Source: an uncultured archaeon (GTDB lineage: Archaea; Thermoproteota; Nitrososphaeria; JACIWG01). Taken from it: a stretch of 64,000 nt of DNA. Shown piece by piece: positions 39,370-48,371 of the stretch. The notes beneath the pieces were generated by a model. That model ran no database searches, was not told the DNA's origin, and saw only the letters and a program-made list of their open reading frames with translations. Where the stretch lies: contig CALHLD010000001.1 of assembly GCA_938034445.1 (NCBI GenBank), forward strand, positions 840 to 64,839. Direction: 5' to 3'. The position numbers and the translations under genes are program-made. Position 1 is the stretch's first letter, and each line of letters opens with the position of its first letter.

Positions 39370-39905
39370 ATTATTTCCCCTGCTCTTCCCTTTATTGCCT
39401 TAACTAACGGTGGTACTAATAGATATAGGAAGGGTATTTCAGAAACAAAGGTCCAGAGTGAAATAGAAAATATTGCCTCGAGCGCTAAGGGTGTTATGTT
39501 TGTAGTAAAGGGTAGGGGGAAGGCTTGACTCCACAAGAATAGTCCCAAACCTATTATAATTGAACCAACCAATAACCCTAAAGTTGCTGAAACAATATAT
39601 CTTTTCAAACTGTATCTTCTACAAAATCTTCCTATAATATAGAATGCTATAAAATTTGATGGTACACCCACAGTTAGACTTAATATGACTATTCCATGTG
39701 AGAGAACGTCTGAGACAAATATTCCTAAGGCTGCTGAAGCTCCTCCAACCTTTCCACCAAATAGGACTGCGGCTGTAGCCGGAATAACAACTGCAGGCCA
39801 AAATCTTACTCCATAAAAATTTATTCCAAAGAAGGTAAAGTATCCTACAACAGCATAGAGTGTTCCAAAAACTATTATCAAGGACATTTCAAAAAACTTT
39901 TTCAA
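39366..39905 (-). CDS. Membrane protein, ECF S-component/QueT-like (possible vitamin transporter)
   Basis: 179 aa, 5-6 TM segments; its stop overlaps the PanK-like start by 4 nt. Confidence 0.45.
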   Translation of the reverse strand: MKKFFEMSLIIVFGTLYAVVGYFTFFGINFYGVRFWPAVVIPATAAVLFGGKVGGASAALGIFVSDVLSHGIVILSLTVGVPSNFIAFYIIGRFCRRYSLKRYIVSATLGLLVGSIIIGLGLFLWSQAFPLPFTTNITPLALEAIFSISLWTFVSEIPFLYLLVPPLVKAIKGRAGEII

Positions 39906-39938
39906 AACCCCTATTGCACTCTCACACTTGTACGGGTA

Positions 39939-41150
39939 CTATATTTCATAAACGATCTTTGGCTCAACTTCCCTTAGCCTAGCAATCTTCTTTAAAACCT
40001 GATCCCTTATACTCTTTGTATCCTCAAATTCTGTAACTACCTTTCCATTAACAATAGCATCTTCAAGTAATGGTGTAAATTTTTCTGAAGGCGGCCTACC
40101 CCCTTTTAATGTAACATAGTCTGTGAAAGTGTCCCAGTCTCTGAAAACGTTTTTTGCACCACCAATATCCCCTCTTTTAGCTATAGGCTTCATTTTCCCA
40201 TCAACTTCAACTGCAACAATTTTTGCACTAAAATCTACTGGTGGTGCTGCACTCACCGACGCGCCTATACCAAAACCGTCTACTAAATCACTAAGTTCCT
40301 TAATCATTTTTTCATCTATGCTTCCGCTAACAAATATCCTAACATTTTTTCCTCCTCGAACATTTAACTCCCACCTAACTTCCTCAATTATCTTTCGCCA
40401 TTCTCCCCTTCTAGAGCGTGGTGTGTCCAGTCTTACACCAGAAAGTTTTTCACCTAATGTTTCTAAAGCCATTATTGCCTCAGCCTTCTCATCATAAAAG
40501 GTGTCTATTAAGGCTATTCGTGGTACATCATTTGATAATGTGGAGTCAAATGCTTTCCACGCCCTTTTCTGGTCCTCAAAAACCTGTATTAGTGCATGAG
40601 GCATTGTTCCAACAGGTTTTATTCCAATCAATTTTGCTGCAAGCATATTTGAGACACCATCAAAACCTGCAATATATATTGCCCTTTCTGAAGCTGGTGC
40701 TAGAACTGGATGTATACGTCTTGAGCCGAAACTGAACAGTATCTTATTCCCTGCTATAAGCCTATATCTTGCTGCTTTAGATGCTATACCTGTATTTTGC
40801 GCTAGAAAACCTAGTAGAGGGTTCTCGTATAGGCAGAAATCATCGTAATAACATTCAATTTGCATAACAGGCTCATATACAATAGACTTTGGATTCACTT
40901 GAAATATTTCTCCCTCGCGCAAGCTTTTAACGCTGACAGGTAGCCCCTCCAACAATTTTATACAATCATGAACGCCTAAAAGTACACCCCAGTTTCCTTC
41001 AAATGGCAAGTTTCTTGCATAAACTTCCATTATAACTCTCCTATGTAATCCATACCTTTCCAAAACCTTTTTTGTGTAAGAAAAATAGACGTCTGTCGTT
41101 TCAGCATTTTTGATTTCATCTTCTTTTGCAATCCAGAACCTCCTATCCAA
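39939..41150 (-). CDS. pncB: Nicotinate phosphoribosyltransferase
   Basis: 403 aa; TDVYFSYTKKVL..., GTMPHALIQ, RLDTPRSRRG typical of archaeal NAPRTase. Confidence 0.85.
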   Translation of the reverse strand: MDRRFWIAKEDEIKNAETTDVYFSYTKKVLERYGLHRRVIMEVYARNLPFEGNWGVLLGVHDCIKLLEGLPVSVKSLREGEIFQVNPKSIVYEPVMQIECYYDDFCLYENPLLGFLAQNTGIASKAARYRLIAGNKILFSFGSRRIHPVLAPASERAIYIAGFDGVSNMLAAKLIGIKPVGTMPHALIQVFEDQKRAWKAFDSTLSNDVPRIALIDTFYDEKAEAIMALETLGEKLSGVRLDTPRSRRGEWRKIIEEVRWELNVRGGKNVRIFVSGSIDEKMIKELSDLVDGFGIGASVSAAPPVDFSAKIVAVEVDGKMKPIAKRGDIGGAKNVFRDWDTFTDYVTLKGGRPPSEKFTPLLEDAIVNGKVVTEFEDTKSIRDQVLKKIARLREVEPKIVYEI

Positions 41151-41195
41151 ATTAGACGCACCCTTTTCCCAGATAATCTATTGAATAAAAGTTTT

Positions 41196-41609
41196 TTAAA
41201 CATTAGTGTTTTTGTGTTTAAAATTTGCTTGTATCCTATTAATTTTCTCTTTTCTTGCTTGAGCAAAGAGCTCTGCTAGAATATTTCTACCGTTCCTAAG
41301 CTCGTTTAAAGCCTCCCTTAATTTCCCATCCTCTATGAGTGATAATGCTTTGTCAACACACTCTTCTGCCACAAATATGTTATAGTCGATGTAGCTTTGG
41401 TCGAACAAAAGCTTTGAATCATCAAATTCGTCAACAGATTCTATTTCTATCTTTATTAAAAATATTGCTGCTTCACAGTTTTTGTATGCTTCCCATATTA
41501 GGTTATCAAATTCCAACAAAGAATTTCTTGAAATGACATTCTTTTCCAAACTTTTTATAGCCTCTAGTGCACTATTTATGTGCGCCATAATTTTTTGTAT
41601 TCTTTGCAT
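41196..41609 (-). CDS. Uncharacterised all-helical protein
   Basis: 137 aa; predicted helical bundle; C-terminal KALSLIEDGKLREALNELRNGRNIL is MIT/TPR-like; no family assigned. Confidence 0.45.
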   Translation of the reverse strand: MQRIQKIMAHINSALEAIKSLEKNVISRNSLLEFDNLIWEAYKNCEAAIFLIKIEIESVDEFDDSKLLFDQSYIDYNIFVAEECVDKALSLIEDGKLREALNELRNGRNILAELFAQARKEKINRIQANFKHKNTNV

Positions 41610-41670
41610 GTCCCGAATTCTGTGTTTAATGCCGTTTAAAATTTTTTATTAGGTTATACAAGGGGATTTA

Positions 41671-42336
41671 GTGGCTAATATGGTCCTTGAGCTGTATTCG
41701 ATCAAAGATTTTGCAAGGCTGGTTTGTGCTTTTGAGCATGTTCCACAGCCAGTATTCGCATTTAATAAGGGTGGATACTGGCATGTTTTTGTCCAATATC
41801 AGGTTAATGAGAAAAAAATTGACTATATGTACGCTGCTACAGAAAAGGTTGGCCCATATCTTGGATACAAAAACATATATGGTACAGAGATTGTTGAATT
41901 TTTCTCCACGATCCAGAATGCATCATACATATATGCTCCAATAATTTTTTTGAAGAATCCTCCAGCAGACTGGTTCAAGCATAAAACTTTTCCTTTTAAG
42001 AGAAACTCTTTTATAGAGTTAGAGGATATTGGTAGTATTGTTAGGGTTGCAACCTACAAAATGTTTTATGAAGAATCAGTTTTGCCACTATTTCACATTT
42101 ATAATGGCAAACTGGGTGCACTTTTCACAATTTTAAGTTATGGTGAAGGTTTTCCTATAAAAGTATATTATGTTAAAACAAAATCTATTGACAAAAATTT
42201 TATAAAATATTCTTCAGAAAAAAATTTTCTAGACTACACAAATAATGTTGATGAATCTGGATTCGTTTATGCAAAGATTATAAAGGTGAAATATGAGGTT
42301 GGAAGTGGTAGAAGATGGCCTTTCCTGAAAGAATAA
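41671..42336 (+). CDS. Uncharacterised protein with apparent internal tandem duplication
   Basis: 221 aa; the two halves share LELYSI..ARLV/IELEDI..VRVA, P[VL]F..[NY].G and S[YF][IV]YA.II..K blocks; 3' end overlaps pyrF by 22 nt. Confidence 0.55.
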   Translation: MANMVLELYSIKDFARLVCAFEHVPQPVFAFNKGGYWHVFVQYQVNEKKIDYMYAATEKVGPYLGYKNIYGTEIVEFFSTIQNASYIYAPIIFLKNPPADWFKHKTFPFKRNSFIELEDIGSIVRVATYKMFYEESVLPLFHIYNGKLGALFTILSYGEGFPIKVYYVKTKSIDKNFIKYSSEKNFLDYTNNVDESGFVYAKIIKVKYEVGSGRRWPFLKE

Positions 42337-43055
42337 AAAAAGCTAGTTTAGAAAAAGGGAGTCGCATTGTTTTAGGCCTTGACCTTAAACCTGATCAGCC
42401 TGAAAATCTACTTACTAGAGCGTTGAAGATAATAGATGAAGTTAAAGACGAAGTTTGTGGTATAAAGGTAAATCTTCATCTCATAATACCACTAGGGTTT
42501 AGGGAATTAAAGGCTATAGTTGATAGAGCTCACGATTTCGGACTTTTATCTATAGCTGACTTAAAGTTGAATGATATTTATTCAACAAATATTACTGCTA
42601 CTGACATATTATGGAATATTGGTTTTGATGCTGTAATATGTAACCCATTTGTAGGTTTTGAAGAAGCTTTGGGTCCGTGTATTGAAAGTGCTCATTTACT
42701 TGGCAGAGGTGTAATTACTTTAACTTACATGAGCCATAGGGGTGCGGTTGAAGGCTACGGCTTGGATGTTTTAATTGAAGGTAAACCCCTAAAAATGTAT
42801 GACATTTTCGTTGAAAGGGCTGTGAGATGGAATGTTGATGGTCTTGTTGTTGGTGCAACTAACCCTGCAATCATAAAGTATGTTAAGAATAAAGTTAAGA
42901 CGATTCCAATATTTTCTCCTGGTGTTTTTGTACAAGGTGGTGATCCTAAGGAAGCTGTTCGTGCTGGCTCAGATTACCTTATTGTAGCAAGGGCCATAAT
43001 AGAATCAAACGACATTAAGAAAAAAGCTAAAGAAATCAAAGCCATTACATGGTGA
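42315..43055 (+). CDS. pyrF: Orotidine 5'-phosphate decarboxylase
   Basis: 246 aa; SRIVLGLDLKP, IADLKLNDIYSTN, LIVARAI. Confidence 0.85.
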   Translation: MAFPERIKKASLEKGSRIVLGLDLKPDQPENLLTRALKIIDEVKDEVCGIKVNLHLIIPLGFRELKAIVDRAHDFGLLSIADLKLNDIYSTNITATDILWNIGFDAVICNPFVGFEEALGPCIESAHLLGRGVITLTYMSHRGAVEGYGLDVLIEGKPLKMYDIFVERAVRWNVDGLVVGATNPAIIKYVKNKVKTIPIFSPGVFVQGGDPKEAVRAGSDYLIVARAIIESNDIKKKAKEIKAITW

Positions 43056-43156
43056 ACTCAAATTTTATTGCACAAAAATTATTCTATCTTATTAACATAA
43101 TTTTTATAAAAACAAATTTTTTATAGAAGCACTTTTCTCACTTTAGATGATGTAAT

Positions 43157-44617
43157 TTGGAGCATATTAAGTATACGAGAAGTCTTTGCCCAGTATGTTA
43201 TAAGGTGATTCCAGCAGAAATATACGTCGAAAATAATGTTGTTTACATGAGGAAAAGTTGTGGGGAGCATGGTGATTTTAAGGACATTTACATGTCAGAT
43301 TATAGATGGTATAAGCGTGCCCAACAGTATGAAAGGCTTGGGAACGGTTTGGAAAATCCTAGAACAAAAAGAACTATCGGATGTCCATTTGATTGTGGAA
43401 TATGCAATGAACATAAAAGTCATACCGTATTGGGTATAGTGGACGTTACAAACGCATGTAATCTTCGCTGTCCAATATGTTTTGCGAACGCTGCCGCGGT
43501 CGGATACCTTTATCAACCTTCTCTTGAAAAGGTGAAAGAAATGTTAGATAATATGTATAACAATAAGCCTGTTCCCACTTATGCTGTACAATTGAGTGGC
43601 GGTGAACCAACTTTAAGAGACGATCTTCCTGAAATTGTAAGGTATGCTAAAAAGATTGGAATAAAACATGTTGAAGTGAATACCAATGGTGTGCGTATAG
43701 CGAGGGACATAGACTATTTGAAGGAATTGATTAAGGCAGGTGTCAGCACCTTCTACCTATCATTTGATAGTCTAACCAGAGAAGCGTATATTAAGATGAA
43801 GGGTGCTGACTTGCTCGACCTTAAGCTTAAGGCTATAGAAAATCTGAGGTCTCTTGGGCATGAAAGTCTTGTTCTTGTTCCAACTGTGGTTAAAGGTATA
43901 AATGATAACGAGATCGGGGCACTTATAGAGTTTGGTGTAAGAAACAGTGATGTTGTTAGATGTGTAAACTTTCAGCCAGTATCATTCGCTGGTAGAATAG
44001 ATACCTCAAAGCTTCTCGAATATAGGATTACCACATCTGACGTAATCAATAATGCCGAAAAGCAAACTAATGGTAAGATAAAAATGGAGGACTGGTACCC
44101 TATCCCGTTTGTAGCGCCTATCTCTGACTTTCTAGCTGGCTTAAAGGGTTCGCCTCAGCCAACTTTTACTATGCATCAAAACTGTGGTGCCGCAACATTT
44201 CTTGTAATTGATAAGGAAAAGAACGATTATGCTCCAATAACTAAGCATGCTGACGTTGAAAAGTTTGTTCAAGCCTTGTCTAATGCTGCTGAAACAATGT
44301 CTTCTGGAAAGAAGACTAGGGGTAAGCTTAAGGCTGCAGCTGCTTTAAGGTATGTGGGTTTAGGTACATTATCGTCTTTGGTTAGCACTTTCCTTTCAAA
44401 TGGCTCATATCATTCGCTTGGCAAGTTTATGAGAAAAATTGTTATGGTTGGCGATATGCATTTTATGGACCCATATAATTTTGACCTTGAAAGGGTTGAA
44501 AGATGTGGAATACACTATGCTACCCCAGACGGTAGAATAATTCCCTTCTGTAGCATGAACACACTTCATAGGCCGAAAATTGAGGAGACTTTTTCTATTC
44601 CACTTAAAAGTGCATAA
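43157..44617 (+). CDS. tes: Radical SAM enzyme of the tetraether lipid synthase (Tes/GDGT-MAS, COG1964) family
   Basis: 486 aa; N-terminal CPVC...CGEHG, GCPFDCGICNEHKSHT, radical SAM VTNACNLRCPICFA, QLSGGEPTLRDDLPEIV, NFQPVSFAGR; matches my recollection of MJ0619-type proteins; TTG start. Confidence 0.6.
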   Translation: MEHIKYTRSLCPVCYKVIPAEIYVENNVVYMRKSCGEHGDFKDIYMSDYRWYKRAQQYERLGNGLENPRTKRTIGCPFDCGICNEHKSHTVLGIVDVTNACNLRCPICFANAAAVGYLYQPSLEKVKEMLDNMYNNKPVPTYAVQLSGGEPTLRDDLPEIVRYAKKIGIKHVEVNTNGVRIARDIDYLKELIKAGVSTFYLSFDSLTREAYIKMKGADLLDLKLKAIENLRSLGHESLVLVPTVVKGINDNEIGALIEFGVRNSDVVRCVNFQPVSFAGRIDTSKLLEYRITTSDVINNAEKQTNGKIKMEDWYPIPFVAPISDFLAGLKGSPQPTFTMHQNCGAATFLVIDKEKNDYAPITKHADVEKFVQALSNAAETMSSGKKTRGKLKAAAALRYVGLGTLSSLVSTFLSNGSYHSLGKFMRKIVMVGDMHFMDPYNFDLERVERCGIHYATPDGRIIPFCSMNTLHRPKIEETFSIPLKSA

Positions 44618-44619
44618 GT

Positions 44620-47280
44620 TTATCTTTTTCTAACAATTCCTATCGCTATCTTTCCAGCTACCATTATTATAATTGCTATTAGAAGAGGTATAATATACCT
44701 TGAAAGTAAATCGTCTGAAACTCTTAATTTAATAGTTTGCGGCCCTGTCCTAAGAACCTCTCCCTTATAATTGAATAGTATCTCTGAAGTGCTCATAGTA
44801 TACTCTCTTGCACTACTGCTTAACATTTTTAAAACTATAGCTTCCCTTCCACCTTCCAGAGCTCCGATTGCAATTTCTATAATGTTATCCTCAACTTTTG
44901 CTTTGGACGGTGAAAGGTTTTCTATAATTTTAATTTGTGCTGGTACTGTAATATTAAATTTTATTCCCTCAATTTTTATTGGTGTATTGTTTTCCACAAC
45001 TATCTTAAATTCAAAGGTTTTACCTTCAACAGTCTCTCCTTCTGTTGAAAAGACTATTTTTGGAAGCTGGTACACGTTAATGTAAGCTTTGGTCGAGTTA
45101 GCCGTATACTGTTTTCCTCCAAAGAAATATCTTGTTTTCACGAAAATGCTGTTGTTTAAGCCCACTTGTCTTCCATTTACTTTAAAGTCTACCCTTTCTT
45201 GTGAACCAGATTTTATTACAGTCCTATTTAATGAGCTTGCTGTTGTAATGTTTAATAGGGGACTGTAAACGAGTTCGGATGAAACCATGTATATGTTCTT
45301 GTCTCCAAAATTATTTATACTATAATATCCGCTTAAATTATAGTTTTGGAAGATATTGTTTTCTTCTAAAAATAATATTATCTTTAATCCTATTGGAATT
45401 CCATTTAATGTGCTTAAACTAACATATTTTTGGTTGCCTACAATATATTCCGCATATGCTGGTTCTAGAACATAATTTTTACCGTAATCTTCCACCTCAA
45501 GAAGGTTTGTGTACGCTTTCGAGCTATTTGCAGCAATCTTTTCCTCAAAATGATACATTCTATCATCTTTTAAAGTGAAGGTTCCGTTAACATATTTTAA
45601 TCCTTTTGGCACCTTATCTACGATAGTAATATTGTACACATCTTTCGCTCCATAACTTTTAACATTCAATGTTAAATTCAATAAAATCCTGTTGTCTAAA
45701 GAAATTTGTTTAATATCCCTTTCCAGGCTTAAGGTTGTGATTCCCAATTTACCGTAAGCGTTTGTTAACATTATATTATTTGATACTGAACTTTTTATTT
45801 CTTTTCCATCACCCCATTGGCATTGGATAACTTCTTCTTTGAATGGTTGGCTTACATTATCTAGATTAAACCTAACTATCATTCGTATTTTTTCTTGTGG
45901 AGGTAAATTTGCTATCTTTTCTCCACCTACCATTATGTCGAAGGCTGTTAAACTGCCTCCATTCTTTATCTCAAGAACGGTTTCTCTATCGGTTCCAAAG
46001 TTTGTTTGGGAAGAACCTGTTGTAGCGAGAACATATACTGATGCTCCATCTTTGTTCAAGAGAATATATGCGTCATTGGAGTAAGATCTAAAGCCTACCT
46101 TTTCCCCTCCAACATTCCAAAAGTACACCACTTCTAATGGTTTCAAATGTATGCTATCAGCATTTTTGGATTGAACTTTTAACCTATATACTGTGGTGTA
46201 GTTTTCTCCTGGGTTCAGCCTACTTATCTGATCATAATATTTTCCAATCATAAACTCGAATTTTCCGCTTTCGATCCACCATTCGTCCTCGAATTTTATG
46301 TCTTCTGCACTATATGCTCCAATATTTCTTAATTTTACCTGTACCTCAAATTCGTCATCAAATTTTAAGGCCGTTTTCGAAATTTCTCTTTGCACTATAA
46401 TGCTTGGTGTAGCTGTAGCCAATGTTATGTTTGGAAAGTGTAAAACACTGTTTCCTGAAACAGTTAATGTGAGTTCGGAAACCTTTTTGACAGTTTCTCG
46501 TCTAATATATCCTGCGTCACTATTTTCAATAACCTGTCCATAAGATATTATCTTTAAGCTGCTTAACTTGGAGTAGGTTGAACTATTTACTCTAGTTGTG
46601 TGGAATAGGTCTAATCCACTTCTAAGCATGTTTCCTGAATAAATGTTTGTCTTTAGGGTGTCAATTACTATATCTTGGTAGAGTCTTCCATTTACAATTT
46701 TTCCTATAATACCGAATTCCTTTATTTTTGAGGATAGTATGTCCTTTTTGTTTAATATGTTTGTGAAGCCGCCGTAAGAGGCTGGAACCTTTTTCCATAC
46801 AAAATTTTCTAGAACCTCCTCAAATGAGGCTGGTGAAATAAATAAAAACATTTCCCCATCCTTTCCATAGGGAATGAAGGAAAGTCCTGTAAGGCTCTCA
46901 ATTTCTTCTGCAAACCCACTTGCTTCCTTTAATGTTTTTGAGTGTATATATAATGTTGCAAGTTTCGGGGTCATGCTATTACATAAGAGTATATTGTATC
47001 CTAGCTCATTAAAGTATGCGATTTCTGTTGGAAGTGTGTCGAATTGGCTTATATAAAGTCTAAAATAATCTATGCCAGAAAATTTTTCTCTTAAAATTTG
47101 TGAATCTATTATCCCAATATCTGTTCCAGTAAAATTGTATCTTATGAGAACATTTTTTCCAACAACATATAATGTAATATTCTCATAATATTCTGTAGAT
47201 TCTGTTGCGTGTGATGATAATGATAATGTTGATAGTACTAGTGTAGCAAGTATGATTAAAGCTATAGCCTTTCTTACCAT
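44620..47280 (-). CDS. Large cell-surface protein: signal peptide, beta-rich ectodomain with CARDB/DUF11-like repeats, C-terminal TM anchor
   Basis: 886 aa; N-terminal MVRKAIALIILATLVLSTLSLSS, C-terminal IIPLLIAIIIMVAGKIAIGIV-RKR, many N-x-S/T sequons; repeat-like segments FEVQVKLRNIGAYSAEDIKFED and LNVKSYGAKDVYNITIVDKVPKGLKYVNG. Confidence 0.6.
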   Translation of the reverse strand: MVRKAIALIILATLVLSTLSLSSHATESTEYYENITLYVVGKNVLIRYNFTGTDIGIIDSQILREKFSGIDYFRLYISQFDTLPTEIAYFNELGYNILLCNSMTPKLATLYIHSKTLKEASGFAEEIESLTGLSFIPYGKDGEMFLFISPASFEEVLENFVWKKVPASYGGFTNILNKKDILSSKIKEFGIIGKIVNGRLYQDIVIDTLKTNIYSGNMLRSGLDLFHTTRVNSSTYSKLSSLKIISYGQVIENSDAGYIRRETVKKVSELTLTVSGNSVLHFPNITLATATPSIIVQREISKTALKFDDEFEVQVKLRNIGAYSAEDIKFEDEWWIESGKFEFMIGKYYDQISRLNPGENYTTVYRLKVQSKNADSIHLKPLEVVYFWNVGGEKVGFRSYSNDAYILLNKDGASVYVLATTGSSQTNFGTDRETVLEIKNGGSLTAFDIMVGGEKIANLPPQEKIRMIVRFNLDNVSQPFKEEVIQCQWGDGKEIKSSVSNNIMLTNAYGKLGITTLSLERDIKQISLDNRILLNLTLNVKSYGAKDVYNITIVDKVPKGLKYVNGTFTLKDDRMYHFEEKIAANSSKAYTNLLEVEDYGKNYVLEPAYAEYIVGNQKYVSLSTLNGIPIGLKIILFLEENNIFQNYNLSGYYSINNFGDKNIYMVSSELVYSPLLNITTASSLNRTVIKSGSQERVDFKVNGRQVGLNNSIFVKTRYFFGGKQYTANSTKAYINVYQLPKIVFSTEGETVEGKTFEFKIVVENNTPIKIEGIKFNITVPAQIKIIENLSPSKAKVEDNIIEIAIGALEGGREAIVLKMLSSSAREYTMSTSEILFNYKGEVLRTGPQTIKLRVSDDLLSRYIIPLLIAIIIMVAGKIAIGIVRKR

Positions 47281-47328
47281 ACCATAACCTACATAAGATA
47301 TTCTATATATACAATTTACTTTGTTAAA

Positions 47329-48333
47329 CTATTTTTTAGTGTTTTCTTCTGGATCTCCTATCCCTGCATCTGTTAGTGTGAATATTGCGTCAGCTTCCGC
47401 ATGATATGGGCTATCCACTATTCTCGCTATCCTATTCTTTCCAGATTTTCTCAAATATATCCTGTATGTGCTTGCGTGTGCCATAACGTGTCCTCCTGAA
47501 GCTTTAGTTGGGTCTCCGAAGAAAACATCTGGTGCCGCCTGGACTTGGTTTGTTATAACAACTGCAACCTTATAAATTTCTGCAAGTCTTAATAGTGTAT
47601 GTAGATATCTATTAAGTTTCTGCTGCCTTTCTGACAGCATTGACCTTCCAACATATTCTGCCCTAAAGTGTGTCATCGCCGAATCAACTATTACAAGCCT
47701 ACAATTTTCTCTCTCAATATAGTTTGGAATTTCTCTTGTTAATAGTTCTTGGTGGCTCGCGTTATACACTTTTCCAACAAATATTCTTTTTAAAACGTTT
47801 TCTGGATTTAATCCCCTAAACTTTGCTATACTCTCTATTCTTTCTGGCCTAAAAGTATTTTCTGTATCAATGTATACTGCTCCAGCATCAAGTCCCTTTT
47901 TCTCTCTTGGAAGCTGTACTGTAACACAGAGTGTGTGGCATATTTGTGTCTTCCCACTTCCAAATTCTCCATAAAATTCTGTTAACGCTCCAACTTCTAT
48001 GCCCCCTCCAAGTAGATTGTCTAGGTTGTTTGAGCCTGTTGTTATCCTGTCTATCGTAAGCCTCCTTTTCAGCACCTCACTCGCTACTGAAAATGAGCTT
48101 TCCATTAAACCGAGTTCTGTCAACTTTTTTCTAGCTTTGTTCGAAATCTCTACGGCCTTATCATAGCTTATTCCCAAAATTTCAACTAAGTCTTGGGGGC
48201 TGAATGTGAGAATTTGTCTTATGTCGTAGATTCCTGCTGCATAAAATTTGTCTCTAGTTGCGGGTCCGACTCCCTCTATATTTTCTACATCCAGTTCATC
48301 CTCTAATTCTTCTTCCTTAACCAACTTGACCAT
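47329..48333 (-). CDS. radA: DNA repair and recombination protein RadA
   Basis: 334 aa; N-terminal HhH domain (IEGVGPATRDKFYAAGIY), Walker A GEFGSGKTQ, Walker B LVIVDS. Confidence 0.95.
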   Translation of the reverse strand: MVKLVKEEELEDELDVENIEGVGPATRDKFYAAGIYDIRQILTFSPQDLVEILGISYDKAVEISNKARKKLTELGLMESSFSVASEVLKRRLTIDRITTGSNNLDNLLGGGIEVGALTEFYGEFGSGKTQICHTLCVTVQLPREKKGLDAGAVYIDTENTFRPERIESIAKFRGLNPENVLKRIFVGKVYNASHQELLTREIPNYIERENCRLVIVDSAMTHFRAEYVGRSMLSERQQKLNRYLHTLLRLAEIYKVAVVITNQVQAAPDVFFGDPTKASGGHVMAHASTYRIYLRKSGKNRIARIVDSPYHAEADAIFTLTDAGIGDPEENTKK

Positions 48334-48371
48334 ATATGGGTATGTTATGGGTTGCTTTTAAACCTCTACTT

